From IMG/VR virus record IMGVR_UViG_3300016672_000186, positions 1 to 40,644 of that record: a DNA stretch of 40,644 bases; one strand, written 5' to 3'. This DNA is from a virus. Lineage: Duplodnaviria; Caudoviricetes. A program made the translations under genes and the position numbers. The first letter of the stretch is position 1; each line of letters opens with the position of its first letter. Below the pieces are notes generated by a model, which was not told where the DNA came from, made no database searches, and worked only from the letters and a program-made list of their open reading frames with translations. Below are positions 18,551 to 28,045 of this stretch, piece by piece.

Positions 18551-19008
18551 GCTGCGTCCACCGGGTCCGGGGTGTCTTCGTTCAGGCCTACGCCGCTCAA
18601 TTCAAAGACCCTGGCCGAAAGCCGGTCATGCACGGGGCTAAATGCCTCGGCCACTTCGTCTACGTCCTCATCACAGAAAACTCGCTGTTGGTTTTCATCG
18701 AACAAGGTGCGCACCAGTACAAAGGCGTAGAGCAAGTTGGCGCTGACCTCTACTTGAGGCTCTGCCGGTGACTCTTCGCCTTCGGCCGCTTCCACCACAT
18801 GAGCACTGAGCCCCGCCTCAACACGGGCAGCAGACACTAACTCGGCAGCGCGTCGGCGGTATTCCACCCAGTCGCCGGCACTCAGTGCCCGGACGGTCAC
18901 TAGCGCACCGCCCCACTCTGCCACCGCCACGGTTTCGTGTTTGAAGTTGCGCAGTGGATCGAGTGCAAACGCACGAAGGCCGCTTTCTGCGGCTTTTACC
19001 CGGGCCAT
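18538..19008 (-). CDS. Tail assembly chaperone G
   Basis: Between the major tail and tape measure genes; ends DAAGNA at the slippery site. Confidence 0.85.
   Translation of the reverse strand: MARVKAAESGLRAFALDPLRNFKHETVAVAEWGGALVTVRALSAGDWVEYRRRAAELVSAARVEAGLSAHVVEAAEGEESPAEPQVEVSANLLYAFVLVRTLFDENQQRVFCDEDVDEVAEAFSPVHDRLSARVFELSGVGLNEDTPDPVDAAGNA
18544..18550 (-). other. Programmed -1 ribosomal frameshift site G GGA AAC
   Basis: X XXY YYZ heptamer in frame just before the G stop; the -1 frame joins the T ORF. Confidence 0.85.
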
Positions 19009-19475
19009 TACGCTTTCACCGGCACATTAAAGGAAACCGCACCGGTGATGCGGACGTTAAAGGTGCCGTTTACGGTGCCGTTGGGGGCGGCGTCCCAGGT
19101 GAACTGGGTAACCAGGCCCAAAAACTCCGAAGAGGTGCCATCTTTGAATGCCGTGCTGAAAGCCCGTGGTTCACCATCGTCACGGGCGGTACGTAGCACG
19201 GTTTGTGCCTCGTCGGCGGCCTTCCAGTTGCCGGACATGGTGAAGGTGCCGTTGTCCGCCAGGCCAGTGGTGAATTCCTTGGCTTCGCTGGCCAGGGTCG
19301 AGACTTCGATTTCATCCGACTGCCCGCCCTGGAACTGCGGCTGCTTGATGGTGACCGAAAGGTCTGCCCACAGCAGCGCGGGGTCTTTGGGATCAAGGGT
19401 GGTGAGTTTGGAAACCTTGAGCTTGGTGCCCTGGGTTTTGACGAACTTGGCTTTGGTCGGGGTTTGAGCGGCCAT
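19008..19475 (-). CDS. Major tail tube protein
   Basis: KTQGTK, GGQSDEIEVSTL, GLADNGTFTMSGNW; GGAGG RBS before ATG 19475. Confidence 0.88.
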   Translation of the reverse strand: MAAQTPTKAKFVKTQGTKLKVSKLTTLDPKDPALLWADLSVTIKQPQFQGGQSDEIEVSTLASEAKEFTTGLADNGTFTMSGNWKAADEAQTVLRTARDDGEPRAFSTAFKDGTSSEFLGLVTQFTWDAAPNGTVNGTFNVRITGAVSFNVPVKA

Positions 19476-19486
19476 AGGGCCTCCTA

Positions 19487-19834
19487 TCAAGGTTGCAGGG
19501 TGTATTCCCAGCTCACGCTGAAAAGTTCGGTGTCGTCTTCAAAGGCGTCCGGCAACCGGTCTGCACTACCGGTGGTGAAGTCGTCGCCGTCGGTGGTCAT
19601 AGCGACAAATGCCTGGCGGGCCAGGGTCAGGGCTTTGAAGTGACTGGCGCCCCAGGCGTCCACCTGAATACTCAGGTCGCTGGAGCCGTCCCAGCCGGTG
19701 AGGGTGAATCCGGCGCCTTCGCTGACGGTTTGCAGGATCAAACGGGGCAAGGCCGCGCCCTCTGGGGCAACGCCGAAGTACACGCGCCCGTCGACCAGAG
19801 GCGAGAGCCTGTCGATCAGTGAGTTTTCGATCAT
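19487..19834 (-). CDS. Tail terminator / completion protein (DUF3168-like)
   Basis: GRVYFGVAP...IQVDAWG; position in the neck module. Confidence 0.8.
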   Translation of the reverse strand: MIENSLIDRLSPLVDGRVYFGVAPEGAALPRLILQTVSEGAGFTLTGWDGSSDLSIQVDAWGASHFKALTLARQAFVAMTTDGDDFTTGSADRLPDAFEDDTELFSVSWEYTLQP

Positions 19835-19838
19835 GGGG

Positions 19839-20309
19839 TTACCCGGTAATGGCGTTATCAATGCCTTGGGCCAGTTTGTCGGTAACGGCCTTTTCGATTT
19901 GCGGCAGGCTGCTGTCCCAAGCAGGGCGCATAAACGGCGCGGCTGCATGTTTGGACGTACCGAATTCAACAAACCACCAGTAGTAAGGGGCGTCGTAAAC
20001 GGTCTTGGTGCCGCGTCTTTTCTTGCTCCGGGATTTGATGGCCTTGGTGGATTTGCCTTTGGGCTTTTTGACCCGGATGCCCGCCGTGGCACCGGTTGGG
20101 GTTTCTGATTGTTTGAGGCGCGTTGCGGTGATGTTTTTCTTCAGCCGGCCGGTACGCACAGGCGCCAGGGCCCGGGCTCTGTCGCGGGCGACTCGGGCAC
20201 CCGCCATTACGGCATCACGCGCCACCTTATTGCCCGTGGCCCGGGACAAACGCTCAAAATCCGCCTGCAACTCTCCAAGGCCCAGGATGCTGACTGATCC
20301 GTTACTCAT
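19839..20309 (-). CDS. HK97 gp10-family neck protein
   Basis: APVRTGRLKKNI, YWWFVEFGT, APFMRPA. Confidence 0.9.
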   Translation of the reverse strand: MSNGSVSILGLGELQADFERLSRATGNKVARDAVMAGARVARDRARALAPVRTGRLKKNITATRLKQSETPTGATAGIRVKKPKGKSTKAIKSRSKKRRGTKTVYDAPYYWWFVEFGTSKHAAAPFMRPAWDSSLPQIEKAVTDKLAQGIDNAITG

Positions 20310-20625
20310 TGGGTTTCACCGTTTTGCACATGAGTTTGAGCATGTCCCGCTGGTTGGTCGGCAGCGGTGCAATGATTTCGTAGGTGATGCCGTCATGCAC
20401 CAGGCGCTGACCGGCCACCACGTCCTTGCGGTAGCGAATGTTTATTTCGGCGTTGATCTGCGCCTGCATCTGCGATGCGGCCTCGTACATCCGCCCGGAC
20501 GGAGCCTTGATTTCAGCCCAGACCTTGCCGATATCGGCCCAGCCTTTGACCGGTTGGTTGAGTTCGTCCTTGGTTTCAGTGAGGCCGCGCAGCATGCACA
20601 GGTGTCGCAGTGGACCGGCTCTCAT
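20302..20625 (-). CDS. Head closure / head-tail adaptor
   Basis: MRAGPLRH, VWAEI, INIRYR; ATGA coupling. Confidence 0.88.
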   Translation of the reverse strand: MRAGPLRHLCMLRGLTETKDELNQPVKGWADIGKVWAEIKAPSGRMYEAASQMQAQINAEINIRYRKDVVAGQRLVHDGITYEIIAPLPTNQRDMLKLMCKTVKPNE

Positions 20626-20939
20626 ACATTCACCCAACGGTGGGGGTTCCACAGCGCATTGGTAGCCATTGGCAGTTCAATAGCTGACACGCCCACTGCC
20701 ACGGTTTCGCGGTTGGCGTACCAGTGGCCGATCAGCAACAAGGCGCCCTGTTGAATGCTTTTGCTAAGGGAGATCGCATTGCCCGGCGGGTCAGGCAGCG
20801 CGTGTACGGGATCGATCAGGGTTCGGTTGGTCCAGGTTTCAAAGGCGCTAAGCGCCGCATCGGTGTAACCCTGAATCAACACGTCTTCGTCATCGTGAAA
20901 CACCCGCAGTTGCTGCTTCACGAGACTCAATGCAATCAA
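20622..20939 (-). CDS. Head-tail connector (gp6-like)
   Basis: VKQQLRV..DDED.LI, LLLIGHWYANRE. Confidence 0.9.
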   Translation of the reverse strand: MIALSLVKQQLRVFHDDEDVLIQGYTDAALSAFETWTNRTLIDPVHALPDPPGNAISLSKSIQQGALLLIGHWYANRETVAVGVSAIELPMATNALWNPHRWVNV

Positions 20940-21118
20940 GGCTTGGCCTTGGTTTTTCGCTCGGTTTTTGAGCCTTCAACCAACGTGGCGATCTTCAAGT
21001 GGTCGACTGCCACCAACGCACAACGTTCGGAGACTTCCTGTTCACCGGTTTCAATTTGAATGACGTGATTACCACCTTCCGCAAAGGGAAATGGCTTGGT
21101 GACCAATATCGTAGGCAT
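20936..21118 (-). CDS. Small hypothetical head-region protein
   Basis: GGAGA RBS, ATG 21118; overlaps the connector start. Confidence 0.65.
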   Translation of the reverse strand: MPTILVTKPFPFAEGGNHVIQIETGEQEVSERCALVAVDHLKIATLVEGSKTERKTKAKP

Positions 21119-21160
21119 GGCGATCTCCAGAGGCACGGGCGCCCGCAGGCGCCCTGCCCG

Positions 21161-22363
21161 TTACTCCGCGCTGAGGGTGAGAATTTTGACTGCCTGGGAG
21201 TCGACCAACATGCCGCCGACGCGCTTGGTGGTGTAGAAACCCACATAAGGTTTGTTGGTGTACGGGTCGCGCAGTACCCGAGTGCCAATGCGGTCGACGA
21301 TGGTGTACGCACGCTTGAAGTCGCCAAAGGCAATGGCATTGGCATCCGCTGCCACATCGGGCATGTCTTCGTTTTCGGTGATGCCGTAACCCAGCAGCAC
21401 AGATGGTGCTCCGGCTTCCAGACCCGGGCGCCACAGGTAGTTGCCTTCCTTGTCCTTGAGTTTGCGCATATAGGCGACGGTCAGGTTGCCCATCATCCAA
21501 GTGCCGTTGGCACGGTAGCCCGCCTTCAAGGCGTGGATCAGGTCAATCAGGTTGTCGCCGGTGATTTGGCCAGCGGCGCCGGTGATGATCTTTTGCAGCA
21601 CGCCAAACTCGCGATCGGCATCGTTTTTCGTATCGAGGGTATAGGCCAGCAAGCCTTTCGGTTTGTTGGTGCCGTTGCCAAGCAAAAAAGCGTTGCCCTC
21701 TTTTTCGGAGAACTCGCGGGCCACCTCATCGTTCAGCCAGCCTTCAGCGTTGAAGAACAAATCGTCCAGGCTGGTTTGGGTGGCTTGCGGGTTGGCGTAA
21801 ATCTCGCCCATAAAGGCAGAGATTTGCCCCAGTGTCGGGGTGTCGGTTTTTGGTCGCTCGGCGGTTTCACCCACCCAGCCCGAACCGGCGCCGCCGAGGT
21901 TTACCAAACGCTTGTAATCGGGTGTTCCTACGGTGATCTGGTTGCACACCTGGCGCATCGGCGAGGTTTCCCGCAGTAGTTCGATAATGCTGCGGTCCAG
22001 GTCTTCGGGAACGGCGTAACCGCCATCCGATTCGACGCCAATTTGCAGCGCTTTGGCCTGCAGTTCGCCCAATCCGGTGTCGATGCCCTTGCGCACAAAC
22101 TGCAAAAACGCCGCTTTGTGTTCGCTGGCTGCCTTGGTGCCGGTACCGTCCGGGCGTTTAAGGGCGATCAGCTCTTTCTCAAGCGAGGATTTCAGGGCAT
22201 CCAACTCGCCCAGTTTCTCGTTGAGGGTGTCGACCTGCCCGGACAGTTTGCCCTTCTCTTCTTCCAGGCCGTCGATACGCTTGTCGTTGGTCTTTTTGAA
22301 TTCGTCGAACTTCTTGCCCAGGGCTTCGGCGACGTCTTCAATGTCTTTCTTTTCAACAGCCAT
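21161..22363 (-). CDS. Major capsid protein, HK97 family
   Basis: N-terminal coiled-coil delta domain, DGGYAVP, FLLGNGTNKPKG, FGDFKRAY, RVGG. Confidence 0.95.
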   Translation of the reverse strand: MAVEKKDIEDVAEALGKKFDEFKKTNDKRIDGLEEEKGKLSGQVDTLNEKLGELDALKSSLEKELIALKRPDGTGTKAASEHKAAFLQFVRKGIDTGLGELQAKALQIGVESDGGYAVPEDLDRSIIELLRETSPMRQVCNQITVGTPDYKRLVNLGGAGSGWVGETAERPKTDTPTLGQISAFMGEIYANPQATQTSLDDLFFNAEGWLNDEVAREFSEKEGNAFLLGNGTNKPKGLLAYTLDTKNDADREFGVLQKIITGAAGQITGDNLIDLIHALKAGYRANGTWMMGNLTVAYMRKLKDKEGNYLWRPGLEAGAPSVLLGYGITENEDMPDVAADANAIAFGDFKRAYTIVDRIGTRVLRDPYTNKPYVGFYTTKRVGGMLVDSQAVKILTLSAE

Positions 22364-22373
22364 GAGAGGCTCC

Positions 22374-23027
22374 TTAAATGCGGGTCAAAAGTGATTTGAG
22401 GGATTGCATTGCGTCGTCAACACCCGCCTCTCGCGGTGATACTGCGCTGTAGCCTTTGGCCATAAAGGCCTTGGCTTGGGAGCCCGAAAACCCTACCTCT
22501 CGCAGGGCGCGCTCCACTTTGCTGGGCGGCGGTGTTTCGCCACGGGCCAGCAGAGATTTCACATCAGTGATCCGGGCTTCGTCGTTGGCTGGAAAGGTGA
22601 CCAGGGAGACTTCCCAGAGGTCGATCGCTTTCAGTATCCAAACGCCCTTTTCCTTGTCGTATTCGTAGTCATCGAGCATGTAGCCGATGGACATGCCGGT
22701 CAGGCTGCCTGCCTTCATATGGGCATGGGCACGCTTGGCCAGCGGGTCGGCGTCGATCAGCAAGCGCCCTTTGACGTACAGGCCCACATCGTCTTCGCGC
22801 ATCTCGGTGTAGATGCCGATGGGCTCGCTCATGTTGTGTTGCCAGAGCATGGCCGGCAGACGACCTTTGGTTGTCCACTTCTCCAGGGTGGTGGCGAAGG
22901 CGCCGCGCACCACTACATCGCTGTAGCTGTCTTCAACGCCAAACACGGAGCCGTAGCCTTCAAACTCGCCGCTGTCGCTGACCGATTTGATGGTCAGGGG
23001 CAGATCAAGCCGTTGTTTCGTCTGCAT
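22374..23027 (-). CDS. HK97-type prohead protease
   Basis: FEGYGSVF, MLWQH, GMSIGY, LWEVSLVTFPAN. Confidence 0.95.
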   Translation of the reverse strand: MQTKQRLDLPLTIKSVSDSGEFEGYGSVFGVEDSYSDVVVRGAFATTLEKWTTKGRLPAMLWQHNMSEPIGIYTEMREDDVGLYVKGRLLIDADPLAKRAHAHMKAGSLTGMSIGYMLDDYEYDKEKGVWILKAIDLWEVSLVTFPANDEARITDVKSLLARGETPPPSKVERALREVGFSGSQAKAFMAKGYSAVSPREAGVDDAMQSLKSLLTRI

Positions 23028-24228
23028 CGGGCGACTCCGGTTTGGTGGTCATGTTCATGGGGGTCAGGTAGATGTCGCCGCCTACGCGGGGGTTTTCGTC
23101 TTCCAGCTCGCGGCAGTCGTTGGGGCTCAAAATGCCCCACTGAATACCCTTGCCGTAGGACTCATAACGGCCTTTGAGGTCGCCGCGCATCAGGGCACCG
23201 GCATTAAATTTGGCGTAATGGGTCAGGCGGTCTGTTTCATTGAGCAAGCCCACCTGAATGCGGTGTTCGATACGGGTCATCAGCGGCACCAGTGAGTAGT
23301 TCACAAAGCTCATACCCATGTGCTCGATGTTGTTGAGGGTCATTTTTTCCATGCTGGCCACCAGATGTGGCGGCACGCGGAACAGGCCACAGATTTGCGC
23401 CTCGCTCATCTTTTTCGATTCGATGAACTGGGTGTCCTGGGCATTGAGGCTGATGGGTTTCCAGTCCAGGCCCATTTCCAGAATCATCGGTTTGTAGGCG
23501 TTGGCCACGCCCATGTGCTCGCCCTGAAACTCGGCTTTGAGTCGGGCAAAGGCTTCATCGGTCAGGGTCTGATCGGTCTGCAACACACCGCTGGTGACCG
23601 CGCCGTTGGTAAACAGCTTGGCAGCGTGGGTGTCCATCGCCTGGCCAAGGCCCAGGGCTTGCCGTGCGTAGGCGATGGGGTTCAAGCCATTCAGCCCGTC
23701 GAGGGTGAACAGCCGAACGTGCCAAATTTCGTCCTGTGTCAGGACCCGCTGACCAGTCTTGAAGTTGACGGTGTATTCCACCGTCCAGTCGTCTTTGAGC
23801 TTGGGCGTCACAATGTCGGGGTTCAGCGGCAGCAGCTCGACCACGTTGCCCAGCGCCATCACCTTGTAGGCGAAGAAGTTGCCGCGCAGGCACAAGCACG
23901 CCACCAGCATTTCCCAGAACTCTTGGGAGGTCATAAAGCTGTTGGGCGCCATTGTCAGCAGCGGATACAGCCTGTGCGAAGTGGCTGGCAGGCGAACCTT
24001 GCCGGTTTGCTTCAACAGACGGCACGGCAACATGCCGATGGACTCGGACAACACCCTGATGCAGTTGAATACGACCAACTGCTGAAGCGCGCTGCTGGTG
24101 GTTACACGCTGCCCGGCATGGGTTTCGTAGCCTGCGCCCAGGGCTTGGGCCAGTTTCTCTGAGGTATCGATGGCCTGAGGATCGCCCTTGGCGCCAAAGA
24201 GCCGGCCAATCCGCTTGAATAGCCCCAT
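23005..24228 (-). CDS. Portal protein, HK97 family
   Basis: IRVLSESIGMLP, LRGNFF, GLNPI, ICGLFRVPPH, SPNDCR.LE. Confidence 0.95.
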   Translation of the reverse strand: MGLFKRIGRLFGAKGDPQAIDTSEKLAQALGAGYETHAGQRVTTSSALQQLVVFNCIRVLSESIGMLPCRLLKQTGKVRLPATSHRLYPLLTMAPNSFMTSQEFWEMLVACLCLRGNFFAYKVMALGNVVELLPLNPDIVTPKLKDDWTVEYTVNFKTGQRVLTQDEIWHVRLFTLDGLNGLNPIAYARQALGLGQAMDTHAAKLFTNGAVTSGVLQTDQTLTDEAFARLKAEFQGEHMGVANAYKPMILEMGLDWKPISLNAQDTQFIESKKMSEAQICGLFRVPPHLVASMEKMTLNNIEHMGMSFVNYSLVPLMTRIEHRIQVGLLNETDRLTHYAKFNAGALMRGDLKGRYESYGKGIQWGILSPNDCRELEDENPRVGGDIYLTPMNMTTKPESPDADETTA

Positions 24229-25955
24229 TAGAGTTTCCTGATTCCGTGTTTGGTGAGGTGGCCAGAGAGGGTTTCCTCCGGATGAAGGTTTGCCAGCACC
24301 CGCCCTATGGACATGATCAGCGCCACGGCGCCGTCGATTTTGTTGTCATCGCCCTGCTTGATCGGGCGCACCACGTCGTCGTTGCCGGGCATGTGTTTGC
24401 CGATCACGTTGGCGATGCACCACGTCATGATCGGATTACCGTCATGGTGAAAACGGCCCGACTCAATGGCTGCTTCCAGCTCTTTCATCGGGTCGGACAT
24501 GTTGGTGTAGTTCTGGGTGATGGTGACCGGGTTGAAACCCTCGTCATCCAGGTCATGGCTGAGGCCCGTCGCACCGTGCGGGTCGATGGGGCACCAGCGC
24601 ACGGGGGCGATGTGGTTGGCCTCTTTGGCCTCGTCGAGAATCTCGCGGTAATCGATCTCGGCGCCGTCTGTGGTTTGCAGATGGCCGGAGTTGATCCACG
24701 CCTGAAAGCGTTCCGACATGCGCTTGTTGTCGGTGTTGTAGGCGGTGTCTTCGGGCACCCAGAAGTGCGGCGCGATGCAGTAGTAATGCACCCGGCCGTC
24801 GATCACCCGCCAGAACAGCCGCGCCATTGAGTTCATGTCGAGCTTGCGCGCCAGGTCGAAACCCAGAATGCACTCCTGCCCGGCGAACTGCTCCAGGGTG
24901 AGCGTGGTGTCTTCGCAGGTTCGCCAGCTTTCGACGTTGTAGAAGCCGGTTTTTGCACTCACCCAAAGGTTGAGGTGCTTGGTTTTAAAGGTGTTGGTGA
25001 AGCGAGCCGAGCGGATGGCTCGCGCTTGCTGGCTCTCTAGGTACTCCTGGAACACCGATACCCCGTGGTTGGGGTTGGCCTTGGCCAGCATCTTCGGGTC
25101 GGTCCAGTCGTCGCCCTCGTCAAGGGTCCAGATCCAGCCGAACAGCTCTTCATCCGGCACCGTGCCTTCGAGCATTTCGATCACTTGCCGGCGTTTGTCG
25201 TAGCAAGGCCCTTCAATGTCGGCGCCGGCCGTGGTGATGATGAACATCAGCGGTTGGCGGCGGGAACCCATGCCGGTGAGCATGGTGTCGTACTGCGCAG
25301 AGGTCGGGTGTTCGTGGTATTCGTCGACGATGGCGCAGCTCGGTGATGCGCCGTCGCCGGGGTTGCCGATCAGCGGCTCAAAGCGGCTGAAGTCGGACGG
25401 GATGTTCATATTTGAGGCGTTGACCTCAATCCCTGCGGCCTCGACCAGCATCGGTGACTTGGTGATCATCAGCTTGGCCGGGCGAAACACCTCCCAAGCC
25501 TGCTTCTCGGTGGTCGCACCGGCGTAGACCTCGGCGCCGTATTCGCCATCTGCGACAAACATGCTGATGCCGACACCGCCCGCCACTACGGACTTGCCGT
25601 TTTTGCGCGGCACTTCCCAATAGCTCTCTCGAAAGCGCCGGTGCCCGCCCTTCTTCTTGACCCAGCCGAAGGTCACGGCCAGACCGAACAACTGCCACGG
25701 CTCCAGGGTGATGAGTTGGCGTTTGAATGCCCACTCCCCTTTTGTGTGCGGCAGTAGCTGGATCAGTTTGAGCTTTTTCTCGGCTTTGGCCGGGTCGAAC
25801 TTGAAGCGAAAGGTGCGCTTGCGGCTGTTGGCCAGGTCATCGAAGTGACGTTGCACCGCCTGATGAATGTACCTGCACGCCGGCACCTTGCCGCGCAAAA
25901 CAGAACGCCCCCACACCATCGCCTTGTCGACGTTGGCGTGCAGGATTTTGCTCAT
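24228..25955 (-). CDS. Terminase large subunit
   Basis: LEPWQ, PRKNGKS (Walker A), IVDEYH (Walker B), ITTAG, GFDLA, KIDGAVA. Confidence 0.95.
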   Translation of the reverse strand: MSKILHANVDKAMVWGRSVLRGKVPACRYIHQAVQRHFDDLANSRKRTFRFKFDPAKAEKKLKLIQLLPHTKGEWAFKRQLITLEPWQLFGLAVTFGWVKKKGGHRRFRESYWEVPRKNGKSVVAGGVGISMFVADGEYGAEVYAGATTEKQAWEVFRPAKLMITKSPMLVEAAGIEVNASNMNIPSDFSRFEPLIGNPGDGASPSCAIVDEYHEHPTSAQYDTMLTGMGSRRQPLMFIITTAGADIEGPCYDKRRQVIEMLEGTVPDEELFGWIWTLDEGDDWTDPKMLAKANPNHGVSVFQEYLESQQARAIRSARFTNTFKTKHLNLWVSAKTGFYNVESWRTCEDTTLTLEQFAGQECILGFDLARKLDMNSMARLFWRVIDGRVHYYCIAPHFWVPEDTAYNTDNKRMSERFQAWINSGHLQTTDGAEIDYREILDEAKEANHIAPVRWCPIDPHGATGLSHDLDDEGFNPVTITQNYTNMSDPMKELEAAIESGRFHHDGNPIMTWCIANVIGKHMPGNDDVVRPIKQGDDNKIDGAVALIMSIGRVLANLHPEETLSGHLTKHGIRKL

Positions 25956-26440
25956 TAGGTACTCAGTAGTTTGGCGAATTCGTTGGTTGAGGTGTGTTTG
26001 TTGCCGCCGATGATACGACTGCGGCTTGATGGGTCCAGGCCCAGCAATGAACCGAAGGTCACCAGTTGGCGCATGGATTCGTTCGCGGCGGTGAGTGCCG
26101 GGTTTTTCATCGGGCTGCCCTGGGCGGATTCGACGACGATGCCGAACTGCTGGACGGCTTCTTCAGCCATCCGCCACTTGTCGTAGGCGGTGCAGAACGC
26201 TTCGACGTTGTGCAAATCCGTCAGCGCAACAACATGTTCGCGCAATAATTCAGGGATCAGCATTCGCCACATCGTGGCGGCGCGCGAGCTCAACCACTCG
26301 GGCGGATCAATATTGGTGACCGTCGAGAACTGCGGTTCACAGGTGTTTAAAGCCCGCTTGCCGGGGTTCCCGGCGAGTTTCTTCTGGGCCGTGGGCTTGG
26401 GTTTTCGACCACGGCCAGCGACCGTGGCGGTGCCCCCCAT
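25955..26440 (-). CDS. Terminase small subunit, P27 family
   Basis: [35 protein letters not shown]. Confidence 0.93.
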   Translation of the reverse strand: MGGTATVAGRGRKPKPTAQKKLAGNPGKRALNTCEPQFSTVTNIDPPEWLSSRAATMWRMLIPELLREHVVALTDLHNVEAFCTAYDKWRMAEEAVQQFGIVVESAQGSPMKNPALTAANESMRQLVTFGSLLGLDPSSRSRIIGGNKHTSTNEFAKLLST

Positions 26441-26454
26441 AGCGCAACTCCTGA

Positions 26455-26540
26455 TTTTTTAATTTCGCGGGCGAACAAAACCTCTTGAGGGCGCGGTCTA
26501 GGAGAAAAGAGCCCCAAAGTTTAGACCTCCTCCCTCCCTG
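26455..26540. other. Putative cos packaging region
   Basis: Non-coding gap between HNH and terS; minus strand TAGAC-CGCGCCCTCA (26495-26486) followed by CGCGAAATT, as expected for HK97-type cos phages. Confidence 0.55.
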
Positions 26541-26582
26541 CAGAGGTTAATGATTCTTATTTGTGTATTTTTAATTGAAAAA

Positions 26583-26975
26583 TCAGCCATTTTTTGCACC
26601 AGAGCGCTTGGAGTTGCCAAATCCACCGTCTTCTGTGGCCGTCTTGGTGGAGTGGCAAGGCCCGCAGAGCCCCTGCCAGTTGGATCGCTGCCAGAACAGC
26701 GCCATATCACCCTTGTGCGGGACGATATGGTCAACATCCGTGGCAGCAACAACCAGATCGCGGACCGAACAGTGGCAACACAGCGGATGCTTGGCCAAGT
26801 AGCCCGCCCGGGCCTGCTGCCACTTGTAGTTGTAGCCACGGGCCGAGCTGGATTCGCGGGGCTTCTCGCGGGTGAAGCTCTTGAGCAGGTGCAGGTGATC
26901 GTCGCAGTAGCGCGGGTTGCGCGTGAGCCTGTTACAGCCTTGGGCGTTACAGGGCTTCTGAGGCCGTAGCGCCAT
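26583..26975 (-). CDS. Terminase-associated HNH endonuclease
   Basis: HPLCCHC, VDHIVPHKGD, NWQGLCGPCHSTKT; next to terS. Confidence 0.92.
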   Translation of the reverse strand: MALRPQKPCNAQGCNRLTRNPRYCDDHLHLLKSFTREKPRESSSARGYNYKWQQARAGYLAKHPLCCHCSVRDLVVAATDVDHIVPHKGDMALFWQRSNWQGLCGPCHSTKTATEDGGFGNSKRSGAKNG

Positions 26976-26997
26976 GATTAAGCTCCCGGTAGATGGA

Positions 26998-27327
26998 TCA
27001 GTCAGAGCGCCGTGGCAGCTTGAAGTCAGCGAAGCGGTCAGCCAGGTTGGCGATCTTCTTCACCCCCAGGAAGCCAATCCATATCCCTGCCGGTGTGGCC
27101 AGACTGGAAGGCAGGCCGAAGTACTCAAGCACTGAGATCAGACTGATCGTCAGCAGCGTGCAGATGGTTGCCTCAAGCAGCGCCTGCCTCCGGGTACCGC
27201 CGCCGTACACAATGCGCAGCATCGCCATTACAAAGGACAGTGAGCCGGCATAGATCGTTGGGGAGTGCTGACTCAGCCACGCGAGTACGATCACCCAGGT
27301 GTCTGGTTTGTCAGGCATATGAGGCAT
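26998..27327 (-). CDS. Holin, lambda S-like, with possible dual start
   Basis: Three hydrophobic segments, IGFLGV motif, basic C-terminus, MPHM start. Confidence 0.88.
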   Translation of the reverse strand: MPHMPDKPDTWVIVLAWLSQHSPTIYAGSLSFVMAMLRIVYGGGTRRQALLEATICTLLTISLISVLEYFGLPSSLATPAGIWIGFLGVKKIANLADRFADFKLPRRSD

Positions 27328-27359
27328 CCGGTGTCCTCCCGAGTTGGGAGCTAGAAATG

Positions 27360-27388
27360 AAAAAGCCCCGCTTCATAGCGAGGCTTAT
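27360..27388 (-). terminator. Terminator after the GvpU-like moron
   Basis: AAGCCTCGCT-ATGA-AGCGGGGCTT plus T-tract. Confidence 0.7.
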
Positions 27389-27403
27389 TTATATTGGGTT
27401 GGC

Positions 27404-27877
27404 CTATTGAGTTACTGAAAGAGAACCTAAGCTGAACCCATCAACACTTGATATCTTGCCGCGCCACAAAACGCCGCTACTAATTATTGGCTTACCAGCA
27501 TCCGCAAAAACTCTCGTTTCCTGCATATGAATAAACTGACAGACCGGTCGTTCCTCACTATCAGCATCATGTACTGGCTGTAACATCTGTATCAGCTTTT
27601 TCCCTGTGTCTTTGTTTTCTTCTGGCAAAGCTCCTGAAAAGTTAGCTGCTAACTGTTCAAAATATGCTTCTTCAGAAATCATCTCGCCAGAAATCAAATT
27701 CCCACCGACTGTCAGAGTCATAGGAACACGGAATGGCGTCGCATTAACAAACTGTGCGAACCACTGTAGAACGCCGTCTGTCTGACGTCCCTCCCATTTC
27801 ATCTTAGTGAAGAGCGAATCATCAAACTCCTCTCTCAAATAATCATTGAGCGTTTTTTCATTTTGAACTTCAGTCAT
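27404..27877 (-). CDS. GvpU-like protein (moron)
   Basis: D..LQWF..FVN, MTLTVGGNLISGEMIS...YF, FIHM, LWRGKISSVDGFSLG; lower GC; flanked by terminators. Confidence 0.65.
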   Translation of the reverse strand: MTEVQNEKTLNDYLREEFDDSLFTKMKWEGRQTDGVLQWFAQFVNATPFRVPMTLTVGGNLISGEMISEEAYFEQLAANFSGALPEENKDTGKKLIQMLQPVHDADSEERPVCQFIHMQETRVFADAGKPIISSGVLWRGKISSVDGFSLGSLSVTQ

Positions 27878-27938
27878 TGCTAGCCTCTAGCCTCTAGCCA
27901 CTACTCAAAGAGAGTAACTAGCTATACACCAATATCTG

Positions 27939-27972
27939 AAAAACAAAAAGCCCGACTCAACGGCCGGGCTTT
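27939..27972 (-). terminator. tR'-like terminator downstream of the late promoter
   Basis: AAAGCCCG...CGGGCTTT stem followed by a T-rich tract. Confidence 0.75.
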
Positions 27973-28010
27973 CTCTGTGGTGTCCCGCTGTAACAGCTAA
28001 ACACGGTGCC

Positions 28011-28039
28011 ATGAAAACAAACCTATTCCATATGGACAA
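28011..28039 (-). promoter_or_regulatory. Putative late promoter pR'
   Basis: TTGTCC-17 bp-TTTCAT immediately after the Q stop and shortly before a terminator; the -10 is non-canonical. Confidence 0.45.
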
Positions 28040-28045
28040 CTCTTT

